DNA of 64,000 bases. It comes from a bacterium (lineage in GTDB: Bacteria > Margulisbacteria > Marinamargulisbacteria > GCA-2716485 > JAYNIM01). A program made the position numbers and the translations under genes. Below the pieces are notes generated by a model. The model made no database searches. It saw nothing but the letters and a program-made list of their open reading frames with translations, and was not told the DNA's origin. The stretch covers positions 79,759 through 143,758 of the forward strand of contig JAYNIM010000002.1 of assembly GCA_038109055.1 (NCBI GenBank), given 5' to 3'. This document shows, piece by piece, positions 48,512-59,056 of this stretch; the first letter of the stretch is position 1; each line of letters opens with the position of its first letter.

Positions 48512-49732
48512 ATGAAAAAAATAATCGTCATCTGTTTGATCATATTACAAATAACCATTAACAAAGAACTATTAGCTGCAGCCTTTGGGCCAGCAAAGTC
48601 TCTAATCAATGTCCCTATCGCAGAATACTTCATACCCGGAGATCTAGAGTTCTCTACCAATGCTGGGTTTGGATCCATGCAAAATTTAGAATTCGATTTC
48701 AAGTTTCAATATAGCCTCACAAAAAAAATTAATATAGGGGCAACAATCATCAATTATCATCAAATGGTATTCAATGCACAAACAACCTTTGTAACATTAA
48801 GTGACCCCTTTCCTATCACAATTTCTGCCGGCATACTAAACTTATCGTCTAAACTAGATTTGAGTGATTGGGATAATGAAACAGCACAAAAAATACATAA
48901 TTTAGGTCACTTTATTGTATGCAGCTTACCTAAAAAAGCCTATACCTTACACATCGGCTTAGGCAAAAAAAAATATCGAACAGAATCAATCAACTCAACA
49001 CTAGAAGAAGCCTCAAGTGCATTTATAGGCACCTTATTTTTTGGAATAGAAAAATCAATCAAGAATGGATCATTAATGGCAGAATTCGATGGTAGTTATA
49101 TGAACGTTGGCTATAGAAAAAAGTTAACAAAAAAAACCACAGGAAGTGCAGCATTAACAGAGTTTGGAAATACTGGCAAAGATGCCCCTGTACGATTTCT
49201 ATCCTTCAATATCAAAACAGCTAAAAACATCTTTGAGGCTTACAAAGAAGAAGTAGAGTATGTACAGAAAAACCTAACAATCATCGAAGACATCTCATTA
49301 AACTTAAAAGAAACCGAAAAAAAACTAAAAAAAGAATTAATTAACACACAAAAAATTAAAGAAGCCTTATTAAAAAAAGTAAATGAAAATCCTTCAGAAA
49401 AAAAAATAAATAGAAAAGACCCTCTTCAAATGTACTCAAACAACTACATTCAAGCCTACAAACATTACGAAGACTCATTTAATAGTTTTAATCAACAAAA
49501 TTACTTAAGTGTTTTAGAATCACTGACTAAAGCAATACAAGCAGCCCCTGATGTTCCCATATTTTACAGACAGCGTGGCACAGTGTATTACATAATAAAA
49601 CAAGAAGAAAATGCTCTCCTTGACTGGACAACTGCCTATGAACTAAACCCCAGAGACCCAGAACTATTAAAGTTACCAAAATCAGTGTTAACTGAAATCA
49701 TTTCACGCGTAAAAACCTATCCACTAGAGTGA
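48512..49732 (+). CDS. Secreted beta-barrel-like (YjbH-like) + coiled coil + TPR protein
   Basis: Signal peptide; LINVPIAE; FFGIEK..LMAEFDGSYMNVGYR; TPR FYRQRGTVYY..ALLDWTTAYELNP. Confidence 0.72.
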   Translation: MKKIIVICLIILQITINKELLAAAFGPAKSLINVPIAEYFIPGDLEFSTNAGFGSMQNLEFDFKFQYSLTKKINIGATIINYHQMVFNAQTTFVTLSDPFPITISAGILNLSSKLDLSDWDNETAQKIHNLGHFIVCSLPKKAYTLHIGLGKKKYRTESINSTLEEASSAFIGTLFFGIEKSIKNGSLMAEFDGSYMNVGYRKKLTKKTTGSAALTEFGNTGKDAPVRFLSFNIKTAKNIFEAYKEEVEYVQKNLTIIEDISLNLKETEKKLKKELINTQKIKEALLKKVNENPSEKKINRKDPLQMYSNNYIQAYKHYEDSFNSFNQQNYLSVLESLTKAIQAAPDVPIFYRQRGTVYYIIKQEENALLDWTTAYELNPRDPELLKLPKSVLTEIISRVKTYPLE

Positions 49733-51571
49733 CAAACACGACGTATGCGGCGTCAAAAACGAATATTTAGAAACAAACTCCTGTAAATGACACCGTAAGT
49801 TATCTAAATCACGTTTCATAAACTGTTGATACTTCTTTCCCTCTTGAATAAAGTTTGGTATCAATTTCATATAATAATCAATTCCATCAAATAAATTTGC
49901 CTGAAAAGAATCTAAATACGAAATATCTGGCGTCTGATCCGACAACACTCGCGTAACTTCACGTTGAAAATAATGAATATACAATTTTAATTCATTTATA
50001 AACAAGTTAGAACGATACTGTTGATTTCGTAAATTAAGCCGGCCATAAATATGCCCTACCATTTCTGAAAAAGTAGAAAGTTTAGAAAAATATGCCAAGT
50101 TAGGTCCTGGACAAACCGCCGTTTTCAAAGGTCTCTTAAAATCAATATTCTTTACCAACTGAAAAGAAGATGCCAAATCTTCGCATAAACACACTTTTTC
50201 AACAACCTTCTTAATCGCAACTTGCAATTTATCAGCATCAAAAATTCTAGCCTTTAAGGCTTTAATTTTATTCATTTGATAAAAGCGTGATGCTTTACAA
50301 ACAGGCTTAGGGTTTTCCTGTGATTCAGTCCCTTCAAAGGTCGATACCAAATATCCTTTCGGACAAGGACTACCAGGCTTCCCGGAATCAATACGCTGCA
50401 ACTTTTGTTTTTCTGACTCGGTTCCTTTAACGGTATTAAAAGGAACGCCTAAAGGAGAAATCTCACTTAAATAACAATCCTCTTCTCCCGCCTTAGCTAA
50501 CAACCTTCTGGTACTAGAATCAAGATTTGTCACTTCCTCAACCAGCAAAAAAGGAGTGCCCCATCCATTTCTGGTCGTTTTATAATATTCCAATAAAAAC
50601 TGATGTTCACAATGAGTTCCAATCCCTCCTTGAACAGTAAAATCTATAGAAGGACATTCTTTAAGCAAAACTTTACCCATATGCTTTATACGTTCAGAAT
50701 AAATAGCATAAAGATCCTTAGCTAAAGTACCTAACTTAGTTTTAAATTCTTCTAAAATAGGCCCTAATAAATATCCAGCAGTAGCAAAGGCATGCCCCCC
50801 ACAATTTAAACCAGATTCAACACGATACTCCGATACCCACAGACCTTTCTTAGCCAAAAATTTACCCTGTGTGTATGCTGATCGATAATCAGACACCTTA
50901 ATCACAATTTTTTTCTTTAGCAACCCAAATCGATCAAAAAAGAAATCAGAAAACTCATTAATATAAGCATACAATCGGCGATTAAAACCAGCTGAAAAAA
51001 CAATATTTCCTTCTACATTACTTTGAGCAAACCCACGCAAAGCTGCTAATGCATCCGAATAAATAACCTCCATTTTATGCCCTTTTTTATCATAGGCATC
51101 TCGATCCAATTTTGTCATAATATTAACTTCTATCAAACCCGGTTTAATCTCAGCTTTTAAATCACGCTGCATAAGCTTTTTTTCATCTGCTACGTTACAT
51201 TCTTGCATTGTACGATAGCGTTGTTTTAAGGAGGAATCCTGTGGTAATAATTCAAAATATTTAGATAAATCATTAAGCTCACCGAAGGGTAATGCTTTAA
51301 TTTCGTCAATTTGCTGTTTCAACAACACATTCACTAAATCCAAATATGCCGTAATTCTCTTCGCACGATAATCATCCGAATATTTTTCGATCGGACGATA
51401 AGTCAATTTATATTTTTCAGAATAAAAAGCTCGAACTTGCTCACAAAGCTCGTCATCACACAGTGATATAACAGAAGTCACCCCAAATTTACCCACTTTT
51501 AAAGGGGTATCAATACTAAAAGCTGTTCCCATGACAGGAATATGAAAACTATGTTCGTTCAAACAGCTCAT
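49724..51571 (-). CDS. Uncharacterised protein, possible flavin-dependent TIM-barrel oxidoreductase with Cys motifs
   Basis: FHIPVMG, ESGLNCGGHAF, VQGGIGT, GWGTPFL, CPKG, CLCE, CPGP. Confidence 0.75.
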   Translation of the reverse strand: MSCLNEHSFHIPVMGTAFSIDTPLKVGKFGVTSVISLCDDELCEQVRAFYSEKYKLTYRPIEKYSDDYRAKRITAYLDLVNVLLKQQIDEIKALPFGELNDLSKYFELLPQDSSLKQRYRTMQECNVADEKKLMQRDLKAEIKPGLIEVNIMTKLDRDAYDKKGHKMEVIYSDALAALRGFAQSNVEGNIVFSAGFNRRLYAYINEFSDFFFDRFGLLKKKIVIKVSDYRSAYTQGKFLAKKGLWVSEYRVESGLNCGGHAFATAGYLLGPILEEFKTKLGTLAKDLYAIYSERIKHMGKVLLKECPSIDFTVQGGIGTHCEHQFLLEYYKTTRNGWGTPFLLVEEVTNLDSSTRRLLAKAGEEDCYLSEISPLGVPFNTVKGTESEKQKLQRIDSGKPGSPCPKGYLVSTFEGTESQENPKPVCKASRFYQMNKIKALKARIFDADKLQVAIKKVVEKVCLCEDLASSFQLVKNIDFKRPLKTAVCPGPNLAYFSKLSTFSEMVGHIYGRLNLRNQQYRSNLFINELKLYIHYFQREVTRVLSDQTPDISYLDSFQANLFDGIDYYMKLIPNFIQEGKKYQQFMKRDLDNLRCHLQEFVSKYSFLTPHTSCLSL

Positions 51572-51596
51572 ATACGAATCCTATGACAATAAAAAC

Positions 51597-52208
51597 CTAC
51601 ATTAAAGCAGATTGATAATACCCCTCAACAACAGCCCAGTCTAAAACACTCCAAAAAGCTTCTATATATTCAGGACGTCTATTTTGATACTTAAGATAAT
51701 AAGCATGCTCCCACACATCCAAACCTAATAATGGTTTTTGGCCAAGCATCAACGGGCTATCTTGATTGGCTGTAGAAAAAACAGACAATTCATTTTTAGC
51801 ATCGATAGCCAACCAGGCCCATCCACTGCCAAAACGTGTTGCAGCGGCTTGCGAAAAAAGATCTTTAAACTCAGCTAAAGACCCAAACTTACGTTCAATC
51901 GCAGCACTTAATGGCCCCTCTGGTGTCAATTTTGGATCTGATGACAGCAACGTCCAAAACAAAGAATGATTAGCATGCCCACCGCCATTATTTTGAACAG
52001 CTGCTCGCTTATCTTCAGAAACAGCATCCAAATTCATCAATAACTTTTCAATATCATCAGATTCAAGTGTAGTATCTTTAATAGCATCATTAAGCTTAGC
52101 AACATACGCAGCATGATGCTTACTATGATGAATCTTCATTGTTTCTGCATCTATGTAAGGTGCCAAAGCAACATAATCATAATCCAATTCAGGTAATTTA
52201 TACGCCAT
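51597..52208 (-). CDS. sodA: Superoxide dismutase, Mn-type signature
   Basis: HHSKHH, NNGGGHANH, NQD, DVWEHAYY. Confidence 0.96.
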   Translation of the reverse strand: MAYKLPELDYDYVALAPYIDAETMKIHHSKHHAAYVAKLNDAIKDTTLESDDIEKLLMNLDAVSEDKRAAVQNNGGGHANHSLFWTLLSSDPKLTPEGPLSAAIERKFGSLAEFKDLFSQAAATRFGSGWAWLAIDAKNELSVFSTANQDSPLMLGQKPLLGLDVWEHAYYLKYQNRRPEYIEAFWSVLDWAVVEGYYQSALM

Positions 52209-52235
52209 TTAAATACTCCCTTTTAAAAACTTTAT

Positions 52236-52826
52236 TTAACTTCCGGCAAAATAAGTGCGTAACCCTTCTTGATCAGCTGTCATAGCCTTCTGTCCTTTCT
52301 GCCAATTGACAGGACACACTTCGCCATTTTCTTCAAAAAACTGCAAAGCATCCACCATTCGTAACACTTCGTCAATACTACGCCCCAAAGGCAAATCATT
52401 CACAACTTGGTGTCGTACAATCCCTTGCTTATCAATTAAAAACAACCCACGATAAGATGCTCCTAAGTCATCACACAATACATCATAAGCTTTAGAAATC
52501 TCTTTATTAAAATCAGAAAGAATCGGATATTGAATCCCTTCAATCCCTCCTTGGTTTTTAGGTGTTTTCAACCAAGCAACATGCGAAAACCAAGAATCTA
52601 CAGAACAGCCAATAACTTGTGTATTTCTCGCATCAAATTCAGCTTTTTTATCCTGAAAAGCATGTAATTCTGTAGGACAAACATAAGTAAAATCCAAGGG
52701 GTAAAAAAACAACACAACATACTTACCACGATAATCCGTTAACGTCACAGAATCTTTAACTTGCCCACCCTCAACAACAGCCTTAACTGTAAAATCAGGG
52801 GCTTTTTTTCCAACTAAAACACTCAT
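52236..52826 (-). CDS. ahpC: 2-Cys peroxiredoxin (AhpC/TSA)
   Basis: FYPLDFTYVCPTE, GEVCP. Confidence 0.95.
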   Translation of the reverse strand: MSVLVGKKAPDFTVKAVVEGGQVKDSVTLTDYRGKYVVLFFYPLDFTYVCPTELHAFQDKKAEFDARNTQVIGCSVDSWFSHVAWLKTPKNQGGIEGIQYPILSDFNKEISKAYDVLCDDLGASYRGLFLIDKQGIVRHQVVNDLPLGRSIDEVLRMVDALQFFEENGEVCPVNWQKGQKAMTADQEGLRTYFAGS

Positions 52827-53068
52827 ACAAAACTCCTTTTTTTTAATTTAACAATAAAAAAGTTACAATTTTAAATAAAAAAAGTCAAGTTTACATAAAT
52901 TTAACTAACAATAGAAAACTTAACCAAGATAAAGTATAAATGAACTTCATTAAAAAAGAAAGAAATGCCCCCTCAAAACTCTAGATAACGCTACGACTCA
53001 TAACGCCACTTAAATAAATCTATAACCAATTGGTTCAAATATCACACATTCTCTCGTATAATCTAAAA

Positions 53069-53455
53069 ATGAAAAATAAAGAAAACATCCACTATCACTT
53101 ACAAATAGAAAACGGTAAAATCATCAAGGAAGAAGGTCATTTTTTCAGAGCGACTCCCTTCACTATCATCAAAGATACCTGCCATATCCACTGTGAGTTT
53201 ACGCACAAAGACCATGAGGTCGTCTACAAACTAAGTGAAAACAACAACCACCTCATCAATCTTGAACATCCTGATTACCTGCCAGATGTAGCACCAGAAG
53301 AACTAAATACCATCCTCAAATGCAGCAAAGACTCCCTATTTATTATAGAGGCACTGTTTCAATTAAAAATTGCCAAAAGCAGTATCTACAGCACTTATCT
53401 AAAGAAACAAAAACCAACTAGCTATAGCGTCATACAAGAAATAGCGGCCTTTTAA
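53069..53455 (+). CDS. Hypothetical protein
   Basis: ATG 53069 lies 6 nt after TATAAT; upstream of rmuC. Confidence 0.65.
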   Translation: MKNKENIHYHLQIENGKIIKEEGHFFRATPFTIIKDTCHIHCEFTHKDHEVVYKLSENNNHLINLEHPDYLPDVAPEELNTILKCSKDSLFIIEALFQLKIAKSSIYSTYLKKQKPTSYSVIQEIAAF

Positions 53456-53459
53456 CTCA

Positions 53460-54821
53460 TTGAAAAACCTTCTCATAATAAACCAACTTATCTTCATCTT
53501 AGGTGCGATATCAGGCATACTCTTAACATGGTTTTTTTCAAAAAATAAAAATAAAGCCCACCTTCACATACTTAAAAAACAACTCTCCAGCCTAGAAACA
53601 GAACACAAAAATAACCAACACAAAAACACCCTCCTCCAAGAAAAAAATACCCAACTCGAAACAAAGCTCGCCACCTTAAGCGCCAATTACCAACATCTAC
53701 AAGAAAAACTACACACCCAAAAACAAGACGTTGCAGACCTACAAAAAACTTTTCAAACCCAATTTGAAAATTTAACCAATAAAATTTTTGATGAAAAAAG
53801 CAGCCGTTTTGTACAACAAAACAAAGAAAGTTTAAACAATATCATGAAACCTTTTCAAAACGACGTTCAATCTTTAAGAAAAAAAGTAGAAGATAGTTAC
53901 CAATACGAAGCGAAAGAACGAAATATATTACAAGGTGAGATCAAAAAATTGCATGAACTCAATCAACATATGAGCCAAGAAACACAAAATCTAACCAATG
54001 CTTTAAAGGGAAGTAACAAACTTCAAGGCAATTTTGGTGAAATCATGCTTGAAACCCTTTTAGAAAAATCAGGCCTTATTAAAGGTGAAGCCTATACAAC
54101 ACAAACAACTTTTACCGACCAAGAAGGCAAACGACAACAACCAGATGTAATTTTACACCTTCCAGAAAACAAACATATGGTGATTGACGCCAAAGTCACC
54201 TTAACTGCCTACAGCAAATACACAGAAGCAACCACAAAACACGATCAAGCCCTTGCGCTAAAAGAACATTTATTGTCCATCAAAGCGCATATTAAGGGAC
54301 TATCTAAAAAAAATTACCAACAAATTCATCATATCAACAGCCCAGACTTTGTATTTATGTTTTTACCTGTGGAACCTGCCTATACCCTGGCCTGTCAAGC
54401 TGACTCTTCATTATTTACCGAAGCCTTTTCTCAAAACATTGTTATTGTGACCCCATCAAATTTATTGGCAACCCTTCAAATTATTGCCAGTATTTGGAAA
54501 CAAGAAAAACAAAATAAATACGCACTTGAAATCGCCCAACAAGGGGGTGCTTTATACGACAAATTTGCAGCCTTTCTTGAAGATTTTGAAAAAATTGGCA
54601 AACAACTGAGCACTACAAATAATAGCTACAATACAGCACTAAACAAACTATCTACAGGTAAAGGAAGCCTTGTAACACGTGCCGAAAAAATCAAAGCCCT
54701 AGGCGCTAAAACAACAAAACATCTTCCCCCTCAATTTACAGCTGATACTACCCTACTTTCTTCCAACGAATCCCCGATATCACACCCTAACACCCCCTTA
54801 GAACAAACACTTATAACTTAA
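53460..54821 (+). CDS. rmuC: DNA recombination protein RmuC
   Basis: QGNFGEIMLE, QPDVILHLP, IDAK, PDFVFMFLPVE. Confidence 0.93.
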   Translation: MKNLLIINQLIFILGAISGILLTWFFSKNKNKAHLHILKKQLSSLETEHKNNQHKNTLLQEKNTQLETKLATLSANYQHLQEKLHTQKQDVADLQKTFQTQFENLTNKIFDEKSSRFVQQNKESLNNIMKPFQNDVQSLRKKVEDSYQYEAKERNILQGEIKKLHELNQHMSQETQNLTNALKGSNKLQGNFGEIMLETLLEKSGLIKGEAYTTQTTFTDQEGKRQQPDVILHLPENKHMVIDAKVTLTAYSKYTEATTKHDQALALKEHLLSIKAHIKGLSKKNYQQIHHINSPDFVFMFLPVEPAYTLACQADSSLFTEAFSQNIVIVTPSNLLATLQIIASIWKQEKQNKYALEIAQQGGALYDKFAAFLEDFEKIGKQLSTTNNSYNTALNKLSTGKGSLVTRAEKIKALGAKTTKHLPPQFTADTTLLSSNESPISHPNTPLEQTLIT

Positions 54822-54899
54822 ATCATTTATTTCCCAAGAAAATATTGCACCTAAAAAAATCTAAACAGCAAATACCTATCGTTCAATAACACCTCCTTA

Positions 54900-55490
54900 C
54901 TAATAAGGAAGAGCCTTTGCCATTTCTTTAATCAAACCCTGATTCGCCGCCAATAAAGCAGCGGCATCCCAAGAACCATCTAAAAAGGCCTCTTTATAAG
55001 ATTGATTCATTTTGAATGTGTACTGTTTATCTGACACAAACAAACTGTTCTTTTCAATCGAAATACGTATTTTTAAGTCAGTTTGTTGTTTTATCATTTG
55101 ACTAATTTCTTCAAGCTCTACACGCGTTAACATTAACAATGGAACACCAATCGCTTTACAATTTCCTGCAAATATTTCAGCAAAAGACTCCCCTATTACG
55201 ACCTGAAACCCAAAACGGGCAATGGCCTGAGGGGCATGTTCACGAGAAGACCCACAGCCAAAGTTCTTACCTGCAATCAATATCGTCGATGTTTTAGCAG
55301 CAGCTAAATTTAAAGGATGATCTTTTACCTGCCCCTTTTCATCAAAACGCGCATCATAAAACAAATATTCTCCCATTTTATCAAAGGTAATTTCTTTTAA
55401 AAAACGAGCAGGTACAATTTGGTCTGTATCAACATCATCTTCCAAACAAACAACGGCTGTCCCTTCAAATTTCTCCCGTTTAGCAACCAT
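54900..55490 (-). CDS. leuD: 3-isopropylmalate dehydratase small subunit
   Basis: DVDTDQIVPARFL, NFGCGSSREHAP. Confidence 0.96.
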   Translation of the reverse strand: MVAKREKFEGTAVVCLEDDVDTDQIVPARFLKEITFDKMGEYLFYDARFDEKGQVKDHPLNLAAAKTSTILIAGKNFGCGSSREHAPQAIARFGFQVVIGESFAEIFAGNCKAIGVPLLMLTRVELEEISQMIKQQTDLKIRISIEKNSLFVSDKQYTFKMNQSYKEAFLDGSWDAAALLAANQGLIKEMAKALPY

Positions 55491-56893
55491 CACATATACT
55501 CCCTTACATCCACAATACGCCCCTCTACAGCTGCCATCACAGCCATTGCCGGACTCATCAATAATGTACGTCCACTAGGACTCCCCTGACGACCAATAAA
55601 ATTGCGATTACTCGTAGATGCACACAACTGATTACCCACTAACTTATCCGTATTCATCCCTAAACACATCGAACAACCTGCATGACGCCACTCTACCCCT
55701 GCCTGAATAAACACCTGATCAAGGCCTTCATCTTCAGCCTGTTTTTTCACTTGCTGCGACCCAGGTACAACAAAAACCTGAACCTGCTTAGAAACCTGTT
55801 TACCCTTCAATAAACGAGCCGCTTCTCTCAAATCAGATAATCGGGAATTGGTACACGACCCAATAAACACAACATCTACAGGCTGACCAATCAAAGACAT
55901 ACCCGGTTTAAAATTCATATGATCATAGGCTTTTTTCAGCAAAGGTTGTTCTTGTTCATCCACAGAATCAATAGCAGGCAAAGAATCCTGAATCCCCACT
56001 GACTGACCTGGTGTAATCCCCCAGGTCACCATAGGCGTCATATCTGCAGCATTCAAACATAAAACATCATCATATTTAGCATCAGACGCAGAGACAATCG
56101 ATTTCCAATACGCCAATTGCCTATCCCAGTCATCTCCAGTAGGCGCAAACTCACGTCCCTTTATATAATCATAGGTTGTTTGATCAGGGTTAACATACCC
56201 AATACGTGCACCTCCCTCGATACTCATATTACACATGGTCATACGCTCATCCATGCTCATAGCCTGAATCGTAGATCCTCCATATTCATAGGCATATCCC
56301 AAACCACCCTTAACCCCTAATTCATGTATAATACGCAAAATAACATCTTTTGCATAAATACCCACACCCAACTCCCCATCCATCTGGATTTTTCGAACTT
56401 TTAAGCGATTTAAAGCCAATGTTTGAGTTTGCAGCACATAACTCACTTCTGTACTTCCAATACCAAAGGCTAACGAACCAAAAGCCCCATGTGTAGACGT
56501 ATGACTATCCCCACAAGCAATCGTCATACCCGGTCGAGTCAGTCCCAATTCTGGGCCTACCACATGCACAATACCTTGTTTATGGGTACTAGGATCAAAA
56601 AACCGTATCCCAAAATCTCGCACATTTTGTTCCAAAGTTGAAACCATCAGTTCAGCCTGAGCATCTTCATAGGGTCGTGAGACATGTTTGGTAGGCACAA
56701 TATGATCCACCGTCCCCACGGTACGATCTGGAAACGCAACTGGCAATCCTTGTTCACGCAACTTCGCAAAGGCCTGAGGGGTCGTAACTTCATGAATCAA
56801 ATGCAACCCAATAAACAACTGATCTTGGCCATTAGACAAGGTATCGACCCGATGCTTCTCCCAAACATGATCATATAATGTACGTTCAGACAT
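55490..56893 (-). CDS. leuC: 3-isopropylmalate dehydratase large subunit
   Basis: [35 protein letters not shown]. Confidence 0.97.
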   Translation of the reverse strand: MSERTLYDHVWEKHRVDTLSNGQDQLFIGLHLIHEVTTPQAFAKLREQGLPVAFPDRTVGTVDHIVPTKHVSRPYEDAQAELMVSTLEQNVRDFGIRFFDPSTHKQGIVHVVGPELGLTRPGMTIACGDSHTSTHGAFGSLAFGIGSTEVSYVLQTQTLALNRLKVRKIQMDGELGVGIYAKDVILRIIHELGVKGGLGYAYEYGGSTIQAMSMDERMTMCNMSIEGGARIGYVNPDQTTYDYIKGREFAPTGDDWDRQLAYWKSIVSASDAKYDDVLCLNAADMTPMVTWGITPGQSVGIQDSLPAIDSVDEQEQPLLKKAYDHMNFKPGMSLIGQPVDVVFIGSCTNSRLSDLREAARLLKGKQVSKQVQVFVVPGSQQVKKQAEDEGLDQVFIQAGVEWRHAGCSMCLGMNTDKLVGNQLCASTSNRNFIGRQGSPSGRTLLMSPAMAVMAAVEGRIVDVREYM

Positions 56894-57022
56894 AGCCCAA
56901 ACAGCATAAATTCATCCACCCAGATCGTCAAGCTAAAAAAACAGCAACATCATAGCATCTAAAGAAAAAATAAGCTTGACAAGCACGCTATACTATAGAC
57001 AGTACTATTGTACAAGTTCTTT

Positions 57023-57421
57023 GGGGGTGTTCAGGCTTCGACGAGGTTGAACGAATGATTAAGGCGCGTGTCGAGGAGCTGCCCGGCCTCGTAAAAAGGC
57101 AGAAAACAATAACTGCTAAATCAAACGTTAGTTATTTTAACGCACCAGCTGCGGCTGCTGCTTAAGCGTTACGCGTTAATTTACACGTAACCCATCTGCA
57201 AGGTATGATGGCCGCTTTGCAAGATGTACTCTGTCATCTGCCCTATCTTGGGTTATAACAAGTTTAGGAAAGCCTTTATAACTCGTGTTACAGTTGCGTG
57301 TTTCTTCGCAATTGTAGCATTAAAGGATTTATGCAAATAAATTCACAAAAGAAACTACACACGTAGTTGACTTAATTAATCGCAATTTCGGACACCGGTT
57401 CAATTCCGGTCACCTCCACCA
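57023..57421 (+). ncRNA. ssrA: tmRNA; tag peptide AKSNVSYFNAPAAAAA* at 57115-57165
   Basis: 5' GGGGGTG..TTCGAC; 3' GGTTCAATTCC..CACCTCCACCA with G3:U pair; resume codon after ATAACT. Confidence 0.95.
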
Positions 57422-57835
57422 GATTTCACTTTCGCTATATACTTCACCTAATTTCGTGCATAAATCACCCTCATTTAGAGGTTCTAACCTGTCATGAATA
57501 TCTTTAATACTTGGCGCTAGCTTTTTCATTTGTTCAATTGGATAAGTCGCTGTTATAGATAGCTTTCTATCTTTGAGAATGAGGTTCGAGCCAAGTGTTT
57601 GTAATATTTGCCTTTTGGTTTTCAAATCCCCATTTTCAAAGCTTTCTTAAGCTGAGTTTGCAAATGACAAAGTGTTCTCGGCTTTTTCTATCCAAGATTC
57701 AAAACGTCCGTGAGAATCATCCGACAATTCTTGCAAGCGACATTTTTTCTTCAAATACGTTTCTTTTTTCTGAGCATATTCATCAGAAGAAAGCTCTTCT
57801 TACATACGCATATCCAATAATCGAGTCAATTTTCG
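57410..57835 (-). pseudogene. C-terminal remnant of a large serine recombinase
   Basis: RKLTRLLDMRM*EELSSDEYAQKK, frameshift, WIEKAENTLSFANSA*ESFENGDLKTKRQILQTLGSNLILKD...WWR ending inside tmRNA 3' end. Confidence 0.72.
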
Positions 57836-57914
57836 ATCACAAAGGTCGATGCCATATCGGTTGTGATACAGCTTTTTGAATTTAGAAACGGCTTGCTGAG
57901 TCAAAATTGTTTAT

Positions 57915-58137
57915 CCCATTTCGCTATACAATCAGCTTTTGATATATTTCAGACTGTCAGGCGAAGCTCTTGTTTCCAATATACTGTTACAGTATTTTAG
58001 AGCGAATCACTATTTTGAAATCTAAATTGTGACTGGCCTCCGGGTTCTTTTTTGATCTCATCTAATGTATATCCCATCGCAACCATCAAAGTGCTCAGAT
58101 TGAGGTCATAGGTTTTAACGTATATATTTTGATTCAA
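57915..58137 (-). pseudogene. DUF5659-like small element protein, disrupted
   Basis: AAGGAG + TTG; KTYDLNLSTLMVAMGYTL..FRFQNSDSL*NTVTVYWKQEL with stops and frameshift. Confidence 0.5.
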
Positions 58138-58263
58138 GTGTATCGTTCTCCTTAATTATCATTTTTTTCTTGTGCGACTGATTGGCAAAAGCAATGATTT
58201 CAGAGTAATTATACTGAACCATGAACAGTAGTAGACTAAACCATGAACTAAAGTAGGGCTTGG

Positions 58264-58932
58264 CTTATTTTGTGCTGATTAAGATGTAAAATGATCTAGC
58301 AAGATCGGATATCTTAGACCAAAATGACCTGTTCTGCTTCCTTTGATCAATGAATAAAAGAGGAGGTGAATATGCTTTTTTCTTTCCCTTCGAGCCATAA
58401 AAACCTCTTTGATTGTATAAACCAGATTTAAGGCTTCCATTATATCTTCTTGGGATACAAGAGTGTAGCCTTTCTGAGTTTGTTAATAAAGATCGCGCAA
58501 TACAGCTGCTTGATCGTCTGTAAAAGTATCTTCTTGCACCATCGTGATAGATTTAAAATTTTTAGAAATACCAAGTACACCTGTAATGAATGTGGGTGAT
58601 TTTGATTTTGTAGGTGTAATATTTTCTGGAGCGTCTATACTTCGTTTCAACTTTAATAGGGTTTTTCGGTTGGCTTTGTCATATTTTATATATACCAAGG
58701 TAGGAACGTTTGTTTCCTTTTCACAAGACACATTCTCAAAAACACCCCATCATTCAATAACTGGACAGGGTATCTCTGTGTTTCCATATTGACTGGTTGT
58801 AATAGAAAACGATACCCTTGGGTCACCCAGATTAAGATCAACATGATCAATATACTGATCAACAATCAGTTTAATCATATCTTTAGTTCCCGTACTCAGA
58901 TCCTGTATTTCACGAACAAAATCGCTTGTCAT
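58264..58932 (-). pseudogene. Disrupted element gene (one frame broken by TGA at 58750 and TAA at 58483)
   Basis: Track ORFs 58750-58932 and 58483-58731 share a frame that continues as QTQKGYTLVSQEDIMEAL. Confidence 0.5.
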
Positions 58933-59056
58933 GACACCCTTTCATATTCATTTATGTGCAGTGTTCTTTTATATGATAAATTTCAAAACTATGCTAGAAT
59001 TTCGAACATGTTATTAAGCTTAAAATCAATTGAGATCTCTGAAGGTAAAAGTCTAT

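Noticed and set aside
58750..58752. TGA readthrough or alternative genetic code in the island
   Set aside because: The same region also has in-frame TAA stops and frameshifts, consistent with pseudogene decay.
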